From an uncultured Actinomyces sp. (GTDB taxonomy: Bacteria > Actinomycetota > Actinomycetes > Actinomycetales > Actinomycetaceae), in the NCBI GenBank assembly GCA_938022345.1, contig CALIEP010000350.1:1-50545 (forward strand): a DNA stretch of 50,545 bases. The letters are read 5' to 3'. A program made the position numbers and the translations under genes. Under the pieces are notes generated by a model. That model made no database searches. It saw only the letters and a list, made by a program, of their open reading frames with translations, and had not been told where the DNA came from. Below are positions 50,257 to 50,545 of this stretch, in pieces; the first letter of the stretch is position 1; every line of letters starts with the position of its first letter.

Positions 50257-50545
50257 ATGGATATGAATCAAGCTGTAGCTAAGGCCATTGCCGCCGAGCG
50301 AGCCATCGCTGGGTTGACAGTGCGCGAACTTTCGACGCGCGCCGACATTCCGCTCAGCACGCTTATGCGGATCCTCGGCGCTGAACGTGAGATCAAGATC
50401 ACGCAACTGGAGCAGCTTGCCGCAGTCTTCGGGATCACGCCGGTGGACATCGTCCTCCGCGCCCAAGAGATCCGCGAGCGCGCCGAGGTGCAGCCTCTGC
50501 CAGTCGTTGATGAGGTTGACACAGAGGACCTGATCCTCGCGGCCA
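50257..50545 (+). CDS. XRE-family immunity repressor (truncated by the window end; absent from the ORF track)
   Basis: MDMNQAVAKAIAAERAIAGLTVRELSTRADIPLSTLMRILGAEREIKITQLEQLAAVFG...; divergent from cro. Confidence 0.85.
   Translation, partial: MDMNQAVAKAIAAERAIAGLTVRELSTRADIPLSTLMRILGAEREIKITQLEQLAAVFGITPVDIVLRAQEIRERAEVQPLPVVDEVDTEDLILAA

Larger units (their letters stand above)
19149..50545. mobile_element. Temperate siphovirus-type prophage integrated at the ssrA 3' end; right end/attR beyond the window
   Basis: Integrase next to tmRNA followed by lysis, tail, head, terminase, replication and cro/repressor modules. Confidence 0.96.

Overview
High-GC actinobacterial chromosome segment; gene order and protein style suggest Actinomycetaceae (Schaalia/Actinomyces-like), by inference. 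Bases 1-19148 are host DNA: APH-like phosphotransferase, gdhA, a small methyltransferase + decayed GyrI-like islet, an OmpR-family two-component pair beside an AfuABC/Fe3+-family ABC transporter, prfB-ftsE-ftsX-M23 peptidase-smpB, two YhgE/Pip genes and tmRNA (ssrA). From ~19150 to beyond the window end lies an apparently near-intact siphovirus-type prophage integrated at the tmRNA 3' end. It has a tyrosine integrase (+), then lysis, tail, head, packaging, replication and early genes on the minus strand, and a divergent cro/repressor switch; attR is outside the window. Most notable: (i) a MuF/VG15 head protein with a C-terminal EndoU-like toxin domain followed by a candidate immunity gene; (ii) a two-endolysin lysis module with a readable recombination scar; (iii) six hairpin-U-tract-(A/G)(T/C)(A/G)CCC elements in front of late genes, a candidate antitermination system; (iv) a phage origin with 10 iterons bracketed by perfect DnaA boxes; (v) a 45-nt tRNA-minihelix mimic in the early operon; (vi) four single in-frame stops plus a D53Y receiver change that may be base-call noise. 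All family assignments come from motif recognition, not database searches.
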